Part shown: positions 17,849-27,361 of the stretch, piece by piece
How the letters are laid out: the number at the start of each line of letters is the position of its first letter
Position numbering within the stretch: the stretch's first letter is position 1
Source: a bacterium
GTDB lineage: Bacteria; UBA8248
DNA: 64,000 nt
Direction of reading: 5' to 3'
Assembly (NCBI GenBank): GCA_965213625.1
Contig: CBDBZU010000004.1
Coordinates: forward strand, 3,968,001 to 4,032,000
The notes under the pieces: generated by a model
What the model was told of the DNA's origin: nothing
The model's input: the letters and a program-made list of their open reading frames with translations, nothing else
Databases searched by the model: none
Program-made: the position numbers and the translations under genes

Positions 17849-18469
17849 CTAGTCGTGCTTCTCCCAGAAGAGCCAGAGGCCGTGTTCGGCGGCGATGCGG
17901 AAACTGCCAAGTCCAGCATTATCAGCGATCTGGCGCACATCGGCGCGAGAGAGGCGTTTCTTGCCCAGGCGGTTGTTCAACTCGCGCGCTTCGGGCAGGA
18001 GCGATTCGATGAGCTCATTCGACGCCCCCGCCCCGAAACCGCCGCCGTGCGCGCCCATTCCGCCGGGCTTCAGGACGCGGTTCATCTCGGCGACGATGCG
18101 CTCCTGCCCGTCCCAGAAGAAAAGCCCGCCCCGGAAAATGACGAGATCAAAAGAGGCCGCCTCGAACGGAAGGGCATATTTATCAAAGGGTTCCACACGA
18201 ACGCGCGCGGACATGCCCGCCGCCGCAATCGTCTCGGCGAGGTAGTCGTTGAGAACTCGCGTGTCATCCCCGCACGTGAAGCGCATTCCGGGACAGCGCT
18301 CCGCCAGGGCGAGCGCCACGCCGGGGCCGTAGGGGCCGATTTCCAGGACGTCGCCCGCATCACGCCCGTATTCAGCGTGAACCTCCGCCGCCGCGAAGGG
18401 ATAAAACGGCTGAAAACAATCGTTTACGGCGCGAATCAGCTCAAAATCCATGTCGGGGAATTCCCTCAT
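17849..18469 (-). CDS. Class I SAM-dependent methyltransferase
   Basis: VLEIGPYGPG, LPFEAASFDLV and RVLKPGG. Confidence 0.85.
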   Translation of the reverse strand: MREFPDMDFELIRAVNDCFQPFYPFAAAEVHAEYGRDAGDVLEIGPYGPGVALALAERCPGMRFTCGDDTRVLNDYLAETIAAAGMSARVRVEPFDKYALPFEAASFDLVIFRGGLFFWDGQERIVAEMNRVLKPGGMGAHGGGFGAGASNELIESLLPEARELNNRLGKKRLSRADVRQIADNAGLGSFRIAAEHGLWLFWEKHD

Positions 18470-18647
18470 CGATTGGAAGCGCCGCTCCCGAGGGTGACGG
18501 CTGGATACGAGATATCGAGGGGATGATATACCAACCCCGATGCGTTATTGAAACCCGTAGCCAGGGATATAAACCCGTATTTTCAAAACCGGCTCCCTGC
18601 GATATCCTGCGGCTCCATGAAGAAAAACCGACAAGACAGGAGACCAC

Positions 18648-19688
18648 ATGGAAGCGGTGAGCGAAGCGGCGGACGTATATGAAGCGATTGAGATGTATCA
18701 CGGGAAAGGCTGGACGGATGGTTTACCCGTAGTTCCCCCGACGCCCGAACTCCTAGAGCGCTTCCTGGAGGCCGCCGGACTGGACGCCGATGACGTCGTC
18801 TTTCATCTGGCAGAGCGAAAAAGAACCGTCCGGGCCGGAAAAGTGGCGTTAAACGCCATCATGGCGGGCTGTCAGCCCTCCTACATGCCCGTCATCATCG
18901 CCGCGCTCGAAGCCATGGCCGATCCGGCATACAACATTCACTCCAGCGCCACGAGCACGGGCGGGGCGGCCCCCTTCATGGTCGTGAACGGCCCGATTCG
19001 CCACGAGATAGGCCTCAACATGCAGGGAAACATCTACGGGCCGGGCAACCGCGCGAACGCGACGATTGGCCGCGCGCTCAGGCTCGGCATCATCAACTGC
19101 CTGGGCTCGAAGCCGGGCCTTCTGGATCGCTCCACCCAGGGAAATCCGGGCAAATACAGCTTCACATTCGCCGAGTGGGAGGAAACGAGCCCGTGGGAAC
19201 CTTTGAACGTCGAACTCGGATATGAGGCCGATACGAGCACGGTGACCCTACTCGCCGCCGAGGGTCCGCACAACATCCAGAACCACTACGGGAAAGGAGG
19301 CGGAATCGCGGAAACCGCCGCCGCCACCATGGCGGGTCTGGGCAGCATGAGCGAAGGGCAATCTTTTTTCGTATTCGCGCCCGAGCACGCGCATCTTCTG
19401 GCGGAAGAATTTCCCACGAAAAAGGAACTCAAGGAATATCTCTTTGAAAACGCAACGCTTCCCCTGAGTCAGCTTTTGCGCTCCGGCAAGCTCGACAAGC
19501 CCATCGACGCCGATGAAAACGGCAACGTGCGCCACGCACTCACACCCGACGATATTTACATCGTAGTCGCGGGAGGTGAGGCCGGGGGGCACTCCTCATG
19601 GGTACCCGCGTGGAGCAGGAGGCGAAACGGCGAGGCCGTCACCCGCCCGGTGCTGAGCGCGTCCGAGCGGCGGAAATCACGTGGTTGA
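18648..19688 (+). CDS. UGSC-associated large protein (GWTDGLPVVPPT family)
   Basis: GWTDGLPVVPPT, AIMAGC, GPGNRANATIGRALRL, QGNPGKY and IVVAGG; this family typically partners or fuses with UGSC selenoproteins. Confidence 0.85.
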   Translation: MEAVSEAADVYEAIEMYHGKGWTDGLPVVPPTPELLERFLEAAGLDADDVVFHLAERKRTVRAGKVALNAIMAGCQPSYMPVIIAALEAMADPAYNIHSSATSTGGAAPFMVVNGPIRHEIGLNMQGNIYGPGNRANATIGRALRLGIINCLGSKPGLLDRSTQGNPGKYSFTFAEWEETSPWEPLNVELGYEADTSTVTLLAAEGPHNIQNHYGKGGGIAETAAATMAGLGSMSEGQSFFVFAPEHAHLLAEEFPTKKELKEYLFENATLPLSQLLRSGKLDKPIDADENGNVRHALTPDDIYIVVAGGEAGGHSSWVPAWSRRRNGEAVTRPVLSASERRKSRG

Positions 19689-19778
19689 AGAAAAAAGCGT
19701 TAGCAGAGAAGATTGGTTGATGGATAACGAAACGAAATATCTTCTGCGCAGTGATATTTACACAGGAGGAGGTTTTCA

Positions 19779-20324
19779 ATGAACCCCGTAGTAGATACCG
19801 CGATACCGATTTACGACCCGACCGTAGAGCCGGAGATTGAAACTGAGGAGCGCACCAACCGCGACGGTGCCCTCACGGGCAAGCGCATCGGATTGCTCTG
19901 GAACTCCAAAGTGGGCGCGGACAAGCTCATGCGCTACATACTGGATGAATTGCGGGCGGACGGCGCGGACCCCGACCTCTCCGTCGAGCTATCGAAAGAA
20001 TATGATACCAGACCTGCCAAGCCTGAGGTGTACGCGGAGATGGCCCAGAGATGCGACCTCGCCATCACTGCAGTAGGTGACTGAGGCTCCTGCTCTTCGT
20101 GCAGTGTGCACGACGGAATCGAACTCGAGAAAAAAGGCGTCCCCACGGCCGTCATCTGCACCGAACCCTTTCGTCCCACGGTTGAAATGGTCTCCAAGGT
20201 GCGAGGTATGCCGGACTATCCGGTGGCCTATATCCCCCATCCGGTGGGCAGCCTCACAGATGAGCAACTACGCGGGCGGGCGGAGGAGATTGCTCCCACG
20301 ATCAGGACGCTTCTAACGGGTTGA
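19779..20324 (+). CDS. UGSC family selenoprotein (181 aa, Sec at TGA 20082-20084)
   Basis: The 19779-20084 ORF continues in frame: AITAVGD-U-GSCSSCSVHDGIELEKKGVPTAVICTEPF...PHP. A SECIS-like hairpin follows the TGA. Confidence 0.88.
20097..20113 (+). promoter_or_regulatory. Bacterial SECIS-like hairpin
   Basis: UCGUGCA-GUG-UGCACGA, a 7-bp stem with a G/U apical loop, beginning 12 nt after the UGA. Confidence 0.75.
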
Positions 20325-20344
20325 GCCGTAAGCAAGACGACGCG

Positions 20345-21226
20345 CTACATCGCTTTCAAGGCGATGATCACTCCTCCCGCGACAACGCAGACAGTCCCCA
20401 ACAGAATGGGGAGCGTAATGCGCTCCATATCGCGCAGGAATATCCAGGAGTAAAAGAGCGCGAAAAGCGGCGCCGTGGATGAAAGCGGCGACACGACCGA
20501 AATATCCCCATACTTCAAGGCGGCGAAATGACTTAAAAACGCCAAGGTGTTGATGAGACCGCAGGGGCCATAGAAATGCCAGGCCTTTCCCCATTTGAGA
20601 GAGGGACGCTGGGGTTTTGGCAGAAACCACAAAACCGCGACCAGCGCCACCAAACCGAAAAAACTGGTGAGCGTGATGCCGAGCAGTGCGGAAGGAACAA
20701 CCTCGATCCCGATTTTTCTGAAAATGTTCGACGTGGAAAACCCCAAAACGGACAAGAGAGGCAACCAGATGGCGCGTCTGTCCCAGGGTGCGTCGCTTTT
20801 GCGCTGATAGGTAATTCCCACACAACCTAAAACGACCAGGAAAATTCCCGCCCACACATAAGGGCCCGGCCTCTCACCCAGAAAGATATAGGCGAAACCG
20901 GCTGAAAATAGCGGATTGGCCGCAAGGAGGGGAACTGCGCGTGATACGCCCAGGCGATGTATCGCCCGGAACATGAACACGCGGCCCAGCGAAGGCCCCG
21001 TGATTCCCGACAAGAAGAACCAGAACCAGGCCTCAGAATTCCAGTAGGCAGGTTCCCAGGTAAGGAAGGTCAGCGCCACCAGCCATGGAACATTCACAAT
21101 CAAGCCGATTACGACACCCGTGATGGCCGTGCCATGCTGTTGCCCGCGTCTGGCGATTAGGCTGAAAGCCGAGGACATCGACGCTGTACCCAGGGCGAAC
21201 CCCGCCGCCAGCAGCGCATCGTTCAT
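20345..21226 (-). CDS. DMT/EamA family transporter
   Basis: About 10 TM segments, GVSRAVPL, FLGERP and VSPLSSTAPLF. Confidence 0.9.
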   Translation of the reverse strand: MNDALLAAGFALGTASMSSAFSLIARRGQQHGTAITGVVIGLIVNVPWLVALTFLTWEPAYWNSEAWFWFFLSGITGPSLGRVFMFRAIHRLGVSRAVPLLAANPLFSAGFAYIFLGERPGPYVWAGIFLVVLGCVGITYQRKSDAPWDRRAIWLPLLSVLGFSTSNIFRKIGIEVVPSALLGITLTSFFGLVALVAVLWFLPKPQRPSLKWGKAWHFYGPCGLINTLAFLSHFAALKYGDISVVSPLSSTAPLFALFYSWIFLRDMERITLPILLGTVCVVAGGVIIALKAM

Positions 21227-21379
21227 GGAGCATCCCCCGGCCTACAAATAAAAAAAACCAATAGGTAAAAAATGGCGCAAGGGTGATGTCATATCAGAGG
21301 AGCGGGGACAAAGCCATGTTGAAGCGAGTGACTGCAGCGTAAGAGCTCTAAAATTTACCGCCAACTCGCCCGCAGGTCG

Positions 21380-22849
21380 TCAGCCCCCTGTAATAGGCTG
21401 TGCGATGATCCACAAGCTCACCATGGTGTAACCCACCATAAGGATGAGCATCGGATATTGGCTGCGCACGGCGGCGAAGCGGTTTTCCAGCGCGCGAAGC
21501 GCCGTCACGTGCGCCAGATAGAGGGCGCATATATGGCCGATGACGATCGCAGCTATCGAAGCATACCAGGTCGCCTTGGCACCTATGATCCCGATGTCGA
21601 CCTTATACGCGGCAGTTCCCCACAGGTTCCAGCCCACTCCGAAGGGGTCCGACAGCAGCGGGATGATGCGTTGTCCCTGTATGAAGAGAAAGGAGAAATA
21701 ATGCGCCACGTGGTATCCAATCGCGATGGGAACCAGCGAGAGCACGAAAAGGCGCGCGAATTCCCTCGTGGAGAGCGTGCTCCCGCTTATCGCGCGCATC
21801 AGCATGCAGAACAGGTAGTACACACCCAGGAAGAGCGCCGGAGTCGCGATGAGCGCGATGGTATCCGCCACGAGCAGAGCGTCGCGCCCAATCCAGATGA
21901 CCGCCTCGTATAACCCTGCGCGAATTTGGTGCCAAAGCGGCGTTTCGGTAAAACCGTCGAAACTCACCGTCGCCAACATCAACACCACGAACACCACCAT
22001 GGAGTTACTCATGCCATCCGTGTTCAGCAGGCCCACAGCCGGCGGCCTCAGACGCCATTCACTTCTTCCGTTTCCACCTGTACGCGTCTCGGTGATCGAG
22101 AATCGGCCCATCACGCCAAATAAGATGGAAAACGCCTCCCCCCGCTCGAGCCACGCCTCTTTGCCGTACAGATACATTCCCGCCCACGTGATGATGGAAT
22201 ACCCGAGGGTGGCGACTGCGAGGTTGCGGGGGAGGTCGTTGTGCGGCCAGACGATCTCAGCCCAGGCGAACCACAGGAACAAACCCACAGCCGGCCACAC
22301 GCCCGGGCGCTCGGAGAACGGCTGCTCGGGTGATAGGGAAGCGCCGGGCTTGATTTTCTGGTATAGCGCCTCCGCCCAGAAAAATATGACGCTCCATGGA
22401 TTCACCAACGACCACAAATTTCCCGCCAGCGCGCACACATAAGCCAGTCCCACCCACCAGATGATCCAGACCATGGTCGGCACGATATTCTTATCCGGGT
22501 TTACGCTCCCCCAGAAGCCCGCCGCCAGGGTCACGCAGAACAATACGACTGAAAGCACTCTTATGCCCGAGAGAAAAACTCGATTTCCCATCCATGCGAA
22601 AAGGGGGGATGCGAGAAGGTCACAACTCGGATAATCCACGCTCTCTTGTTTTCTGCGCACGAAAAACCCCATGCCCAGAAACGAAAGCACTACGGATGCG
22701 CCTGCTCCGAGCATGAACAGGCCCAGCGGTACCGGCAAGTCATACCTTTGGCCGAACCCATGCGCTGACACAGAGGTTGGTAGAAAAACGACTGCGGCTG
22801 CGAGCCAAAGCCATCGGGCATGGAAGTTCATGGACTCCCCCGTCGTCAT
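21380..22849 (-). CDS. Polytopic membrane protein ('fenitrothion hydrolase'/FedB-like family)
   Basis: Signal peptide then HGFGQRYDLPVPL, WIIWWVGL, VNPW, ATVSFDGF, LVPIAIGYHVAHY and SDPFGVGWNLWG. Confidence 0.75.
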   Translation of the reverse strand: MTTGESMNFHARWLWLAAAVVFLPTSVSAHGFGQRYDLPVPLGLFMLGAGASVVLSFLGMGFFVRRKQESVDYPSCDLLASPLFAWMGNRVFLSGIRVLSVVLFCVTLAAGFWGSVNPDKNIVPTMVWIIWWVGLAYVCALAGNLWSLVNPWSVIFFWAEALYQKIKPGASLSPEQPFSERPGVWPAVGLFLWFAWAEIVWPHNDLPRNLAVATLGYSIITWAGMYLYGKEAWLERGEAFSILFGVMGRFSITETRTGGNGRSEWRLRPPAVGLLNTDGMSNSMVVFVVLMLATVSFDGFTETPLWHQIRAGLYEAVIWIGRDALLVADTIALIATPALFLGVYYLFCMLMRAISGSTLSTREFARLFVLSLVPIAIGYHVAHYFSFLFIQGQRIIPLLSDPFGVGWNLWGTAAYKVDIGIIGAKATWYASIAAIVIGHICALYLAHVTALRALENRFAAVRSQYPMLILMVGYTMVSLWIIAQPITGG

Positions 22850-23286
22850 GGATGCACTTCCAGGTAGAACAATACCTTCTCGCCGTGGCCGCCGCTTTTT
22901 TTCTGCCCGTGGGAGTGAGCACCATGCACTGTTACGGGAAACCGGCCCGCCACTTTGGCCCGAAACGCCATCACGGCCACCCCGCCCGGAGAAACGGTCT
23001 TTTCGATGTCGTAGCCGTGGAGATGGACTTCGGTGGTTTTGTCGGCCATCAGATTCAGCCTGACCTCATCGCCTTGATTCACGCGAATCACTTTATGGTC
23101 TCCCTGAATCTCTCCTCCAGCGATTTTAAGGGTGATGCCGTTCTTCGCCTCGCCTTTCATGGGAGAATCCTTCATCACCGGCTTGCCCCCATGCTGGACG
23201 TGGCCCTTATTCGCACTCTGGGCGGGCATTGCCTGACAAAAAGCAATCAGTGCGAAAACGCAAAATACCTTGCAAATGAACTTCAT
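22846..23286 (-). CDS. Secreted His-rich cupredoxin-like protein
   Basis: Signal peptide from ATG 23286 (RBS GGAGG), IRVNQGDEVRL, VHLHGYDI and GRFPVTVHGAHSHG. Overlaps the next gene by 4 nt. Confidence 0.8.
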   Translation of the reverse strand: MKFICKVFCVFALIAFCQAMPAQSANKGHVQHGGKPVMKDSPMKGEAKNGITLKIAGGEIQGDHKVIRVNQGDEVRLNLMADKTTEVHLHGYDIEKTVSPGGVAVMAFRAKVAGRFPVTVHGAHSHGQKKSGGHGEKVLFYLEVHP

Positions 23287-23422
23287 ATCCACTCCTCCCC
23301 CCGAGCAATCTTGGCAAGAATGAATCCTCTTTACCTGCCATAGGAAATGATAGATTGGCGACGCGCGAAGTAAAAAACTGTGCTCGGCCTCACTATACCA
23401 GAACAGGCCGAAACCCGTCTCT

Positions 23423-24304
23423 TCAGAGTGCGCGGCCGGCCACGAGCGCACCACCCACGACGACCGCCAGCGTGCCCAGTAGAATCGGCCAGGTGATGCG
23501 CTCGATCTTGCGCAAGAAAATGGCCGTGAGCAGCAATGCCCATAAGGGAGCGGTGGCGGCGAGCGGAATCACGATGGTGAGGTCTCCGTAATGAAGCCCA
23601 TAGAGATGCAGGAGAACCGAAAGGGCGTTCAGCGAGCCTCCAATGCTGTACGTCACCCACGCTTTTTTGACCAACAGGGAAGGCCGTAAGCCAGGCGGCA
23701 GATACTGCCCGAAGACATAGAGGAAGACTCCCCCCGAGACACTCATGATCGATATGCCCAATAAAGGGTTGGGCGATGCGCTAACGCCGAGTTTTCGCAG
23801 CATGTGCGAGATAGAGAAGAACACCACGCTCCCTAGCGCGACAAGCAGGTATTCTCCCCGAATGGGCTGAGCCTCCCCTCTTTTCGCTGTAATTCCGATA
23901 CACCCCAAAACGATGAGCACCGTCCCCGCCAGAATGAACGGTCCAGGCCTCTCGCCCAGGATGAGGATGCCGATTATCGCCGAGAAAAGCGGCATGGTTG
24001 AGTTGAGCGGTACTGCGCGCGCCACGCCCATCAGATGAATCGAATGAAAAAAGCACACCCTTCCCACGGCGGGCCCCACGATGCCGGCCAGCGCGAAGAA
24101 CAACCAACCCAGAGGCTGATAGTGGACTGGTTCCCACGTCCAGACTGCGCCCGCGAGCAACGGCGGCAAGGAAACGATGATCCCGATGAGAACGCCCGAA
24201 ACCGCGTTCGCGTGCCGCTGCCCGCTTCTCACGAACAGGGTGAAAGAACCGACCACGAGCGCCGTGGAAAGCGAAAAGAGAACCGAGAGGGTGATGGTGG
24301 TCAT
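23423..24304 (-). CDS. DMT/EamA family transporter (paralog of 20345-21226)
   Basis: GVARAVPL, LGERPGP and ERITWPILLGT; same length (293 aa) as the paralog. Confidence 0.9.
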   Translation of the reverse strand: MTTITLSVLFSLSTALVVGSFTLFVRSGQRHANAVSGVLIGIIVSLPPLLAGAVWTWEPVHYQPLGWLFFALAGIVGPAVGRVCFFHSIHLMGVARAVPLNSTMPLFSAIIGILILGERPGPFILAGTVLIVLGCIGITAKRGEAQPIRGEYLLVALGSVVFFSISHMLRKLGVSASPNPLLGISIMSVSGGVFLYVFGQYLPPGLRPSLLVKKAWVTYSIGGSLNALSVLLHLYGLHYGDLTIVIPLAATAPLWALLLTAIFLRKIERITWPILLGTLAVVVGGALVAGRAL

Positions 24305-24351
24305 TCAGAATACGCCTTTGCACCAAAAACCAGAACTGTGAGGTGAAAAAT

Positions 24352-26391
24352 CTATACCCCTGCCATCTCGCAGGGGGCGTAGTGAGAAAAGCGCATGGTG
24401 TAGGTGGCGCGGCCCTGGGTAGCGGAGCGCAGGGAGGTAGCGTAGCCGAAAACCTTGGCGAGGGGCACCGAGGCGCGCACAACGCTCACAGGCGAAGCGC
24501 CGCCGCGTTCTTCAACACCGGACACCTTGCCGTCGCGCGCGTTGATGTCGCCGATGATTCCGCCCAGAAACTCACCAGGCGCCACGACTTCCACCGACAT
24601 GACGGGTTCCAAAAGCTGCCCACCCGCTGCGCGGCAGGCTTCGGTGAACGCGTTCGCCGCCGCAATGGAGAAGGCGGCCTCCGTGGCGCGCTCCGCGTCA
24701 TAGCCCGCCTCGAGCAAGGTGACACCCACGTCGGTCATCTCATAGCCCGCCATGGCGCCGCTCGAAGTAGACGCCCGCAGCGACTCCAACGCAGCGGCAA
24801 TCAGATTGTCAGGAATAGACGTGTTGCCCACTGCACTCTTGCACGAGACGCCTCCGCCGGGTCTGGGTACCACACCCACGCGCACCCTTGCGAACTGGGG
24901 CTCACCGGCCAATTCCCTGTCGAAGGTGGCCTCCGCCTCGGCTTTTTTCGCTAACGTCTCGCGGTAGACCACGCGAGGCGCGCCGACCCGAACGTTCACG
25001 CCGAAGTCCTCGTCTATCCGGCGTGTGAGCACCTCCAGATGAAGCTCGCCCATGCCGCTCATCACCGTCTGGCCGGATTCGGAATCCACTCTCACCTGAA
25101 ACGTCGGGTCTTCTGCCTGGAGTTTCGCCAGAGTCTCGCCCAGTTTCTTGGTCCCAGTGGCGTCCCTGGGTTCAATCGCAACCGAGATGACGGGCTGGGG
25201 CGCGAGAATCGACTCGTAGGCTATCGGCTCTTTGCGGTCACAAAGGGTATCCCCCGTAGCCGCATCCTTCATCCCGGCCGCCGCAACGATGTCGCCAGTC
25301 CCCACGGCATCGAGACGCTCGCGCTTGTGGGAATACATCCTGAACAACCGGGCGAAACGTTCGCTGTCTTCCCTCGCGGGGTTCCAGAGGCTCTCGCCCA
25401 CTTTGGCCCCGCCGCTGTACACCCGCAGATATGTGAGTCGCCTGCCCCCATCGATTTGAACCTTGAAGACCAGAGCGGAGAAAGGCGCATCTTCGGCAGG
25501 CGGACGGGTGATCGGCTCATTTTCACCCGGAGCAAAACCGATCGCGGACGGTGCATCCACCGGGGAGGGTAAAAAATCCAGTACGGCGTCCAGCAGTGGC
25601 TGCACCCCTTTATTCTTCAAGGATGAACCGCAAAAAACGGGTACGAGTTCGCACGCGAGAACAGCGCGCCGCAAACCCGCCTTGAGCGCTTCGGTATCGA
25701 TGGTGTTTCCTTCCAGATACGCCTCCATCACGGAATCGTCATGCTCCGCTACGGCTTCGATGAGGTCTTCTCTCAACTCCTCTGCTTTTTCCTTGAACTT
25801 CTCCGGGAGTTCGCTACGATTGGGTTCTCCCCCCTCCCAGGTGAGAAAATCACCGCTAAGCGCCTCCACCTGACCCGTATAGGCCTCACCCTCCCCATCT
25901 GGCCAGTGCATGAGTACGGGCCTGGCCCCTAATTTTTCGACCATCATCTCGACGGTTCTTTCGAAATCCGCACCCAGACGATCCAGCTTGTTGATGAAAG
26001 CGAGCCTGGGCACGCCGAACTTGTCCGCTTGTCGCCATACAGTCTCGCTCTGCGGCTCTACGCCTTCTACTGCACTGAAGATTGCGATTGCGCCATCGAG
26101 CACGCGCAGGCTTCTTTCCACCTCGATCGTGAAATCCACGTGGCCTGGAGTATCGATGATGGTAATCTCATGATCCTTCCAGGTGGTGGTGATGGCTGCG
26201 GAGGTGATGGTGATGCCTCGTTCGCGCTCCTGGCTCATCCAGTCCATTGTGGCCGAACCCTCATCCACCTCACCGATCCGGTGTACGGCTCCCGAGTAGA
26301 ACAACATGCGTTCGGTGGTCGTCGTCTTTCCGGCGTCGATGTGGGAGATGATGCCGATGTTTCTTCTCATATCGAGCGCGGGGCGCTTCAT
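24352..26391 (-). CDS. fusA: Elongation factor G paralog (stand-alone, EF-G2-like)
   Basis: SHIDAGKTT, ERGITI, DTPGHVDF, NKLD, GMGELHLE and LLEPVM; not in an rpsL-rpsG operon. Confidence 0.9.
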   Translation of the reverse strand: MKRPALDMRRNIGIISHIDAGKTTTTERMLFYSGAVHRIGEVDEGSATMDWMSQERERGITITSAAITTTWKDHEITIIDTPGHVDFTIEVERSLRVLDGAIAIFSAVEGVEPQSETVWRQADKFGVPRLAFINKLDRLGADFERTVEMMVEKLGARPVLMHWPDGEGEAYTGQVEALSGDFLTWEGGEPNRSELPEKFKEKAEELREDLIEAVAEHDDSVMEAYLEGNTIDTEALKAGLRRAVLACELVPVFCGSSLKNKGVQPLLDAVLDFLPSPVDAPSAIGFAPGENEPITRPPAEDAPFSALVFKVQIDGGRRLTYLRVYSGGAKVGESLWNPAREDSERFARLFRMYSHKRERLDAVGTGDIVAAAGMKDAATGDTLCDRKEPIAYESILAPQPVISVAIEPRDATGTKKLGETLAKLQAEDPTFQVRVDSESGQTVMSGMGELHLEVLTRRIDEDFGVNVRVGAPRVVYRETLAKKAEAEATFDRELAGEPQFARVRVGVVPRPGGGVSCKSAVGNTSIPDNLIAAALESLRASTSSGAMAGYEMTDVGVTLLEAGYDAERATEAAFSIAAANAFTEACRAAGGQLLEPVMSVEVVAPGEFLGGIIGDINARDGKVSGVEERGGASPVSVVRASVPLAKVFGYATSLRSATQGRATYTMRFSHYAPCEMAGV

Positions 26392-26463
26392 CGGAAAATC
26401 CTCATTTTGAGAAAACTGAAGCGCAGATTACCTTGGTAGGGAGAAGTTGGGAAAGTCCGAGAC

Positions 26464-26499
26464 AAAAAAAGTGGTGGCTGGAAACCAGCCACCACTTTT
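26464..26499. terminator. Bidirectional-type intrinsic terminator after csp
   Basis: AAAAAAAGTGGTGGCTGG-AAA-CCAGCCACCACTTTT. Confidence 0.85.
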
Positions 26500-26519
26500 C
26501 TGAAACGCCGGGTAAAGCT

Positions 26520-26723
26520 TTAGAGCTTGACGACGTTTTGCGCCTGAAGCCCTTTGGGGCCCTGGGCGACTTCGAACGAAACTTGATCGTCCTCGCTCAA
26601 GGATTTGAATCCTTCCGCCTGTATGGCCGTGTGATGGACAAACAAATCCTCACCACCATCCTCGGGCGTGATGAAACCATATCCTTTTGCATCGTTGAAC
26701 CACTTCACTGTTCCTGTTGACAT
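26520..26723 (-). CDS. cspA: Cold-shock protein (CspA family)
   Basis: [34 protein letters not shown] (RNP1/RNP2). Start at ATG 26723 after GAGG. Confidence 0.97.
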   Translation of the reverse strand: MSTGTVKWFNDAKGYGFITPEDGGEDLFVHHTAIQAEGFKSLSEDDQVSFEVAQGPKGLQAQNVVKL

Positions 26724-26857
26724 ACACTTCCTCAAAAAAAAAGAAACTGAACTGGGGGGATGTAATGATGAATGGAGTGTCTCTCTGAAGGGAATCTTCA
26801 TTCGTCCTGCATACCCACAAACCTTTTACTCACACCTGTTGTGAGAAAAGACACCAA

Positions 26858-26886
26858 ACCCTACCAGATACCCCTAACATTCGCAA
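26858..26886 (-). promoter_or_regulatory. sigma70 promoter of csp, giving a ~128-nt 5'UTR
   Basis: TTGCGA-17-TAGGGT with an AT-rich UP-like element; the UTR begins with the hairpin CUUUUCUCACA...UGUGAGUAAAAG. Confidence 0.6.
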
Positions 26887-27139
26887 GGGGTAAAAAATAT
26901 AGATATACAATCGTTTGCGCCATGCAGCTTGCATGACGAAAACGCGATTTCTCTCCAGGGTTTCGGAAATACATGGACCAAGGCAGAACAAGGGATGGTA
27001 TTCTGGAATCTCCCCATCCCTCATGCCGCCTACGGGCGATGCCCCGCTAATCACAGGGCCGAGCGGAGAAAGCGGCGTAAGCGCATCAGGGAGAAGCGAT
27101 GCGCTTGCCTGGACCGTTGCGCCCAGGCGAGGGAGGGAA

Positions 27140-27361
27140 TCAGGCAGCTTCGGGGGTTTTTGGCTCCCATGTTTCGAACGGAAGTTCGGGCTCGGGCGTA
27201 AGTCTCGATTCGAGTTCCTCTTGTCGGCTGCGCCAATCCTCATATGAGATTTGACCTTGCAGATAGAGGGCGAGATTCCGCATGCAGGCTTGATGAACGT
27301 GCTTCGAGATCTGGCTCGTCCCATGTGTCTTGTATCCTGATCTTTGAGCTCTCATCGCCAT
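27140..27361 (-). CDS. Small hypothetical protein (73 aa)
   Basis: Strong RBS AAAGGAGG 6 nt before the ATG; MAMRAQRSGYKTHGTSQISKHVHQACMRNLALYLQGQISYEDWRSRQEELESRL... Confidence 0.6.
   Translation of the reverse strand: MAMRAQRSGYKTHGTSQISKHVHQACMRNLALYLQGQISYEDWRSRQEELESRLTPEPELPFETWEPKTPEAA

Noticed and set aside
19686-19779. Possible read-through fusing the UGSC partner (ends in TGA) to the in-frame selenoprotein
   Set aside because: A TAG follows five codons later, there is no SECIS-like hairpin, and the second gene has its own AGGAGG RBS.
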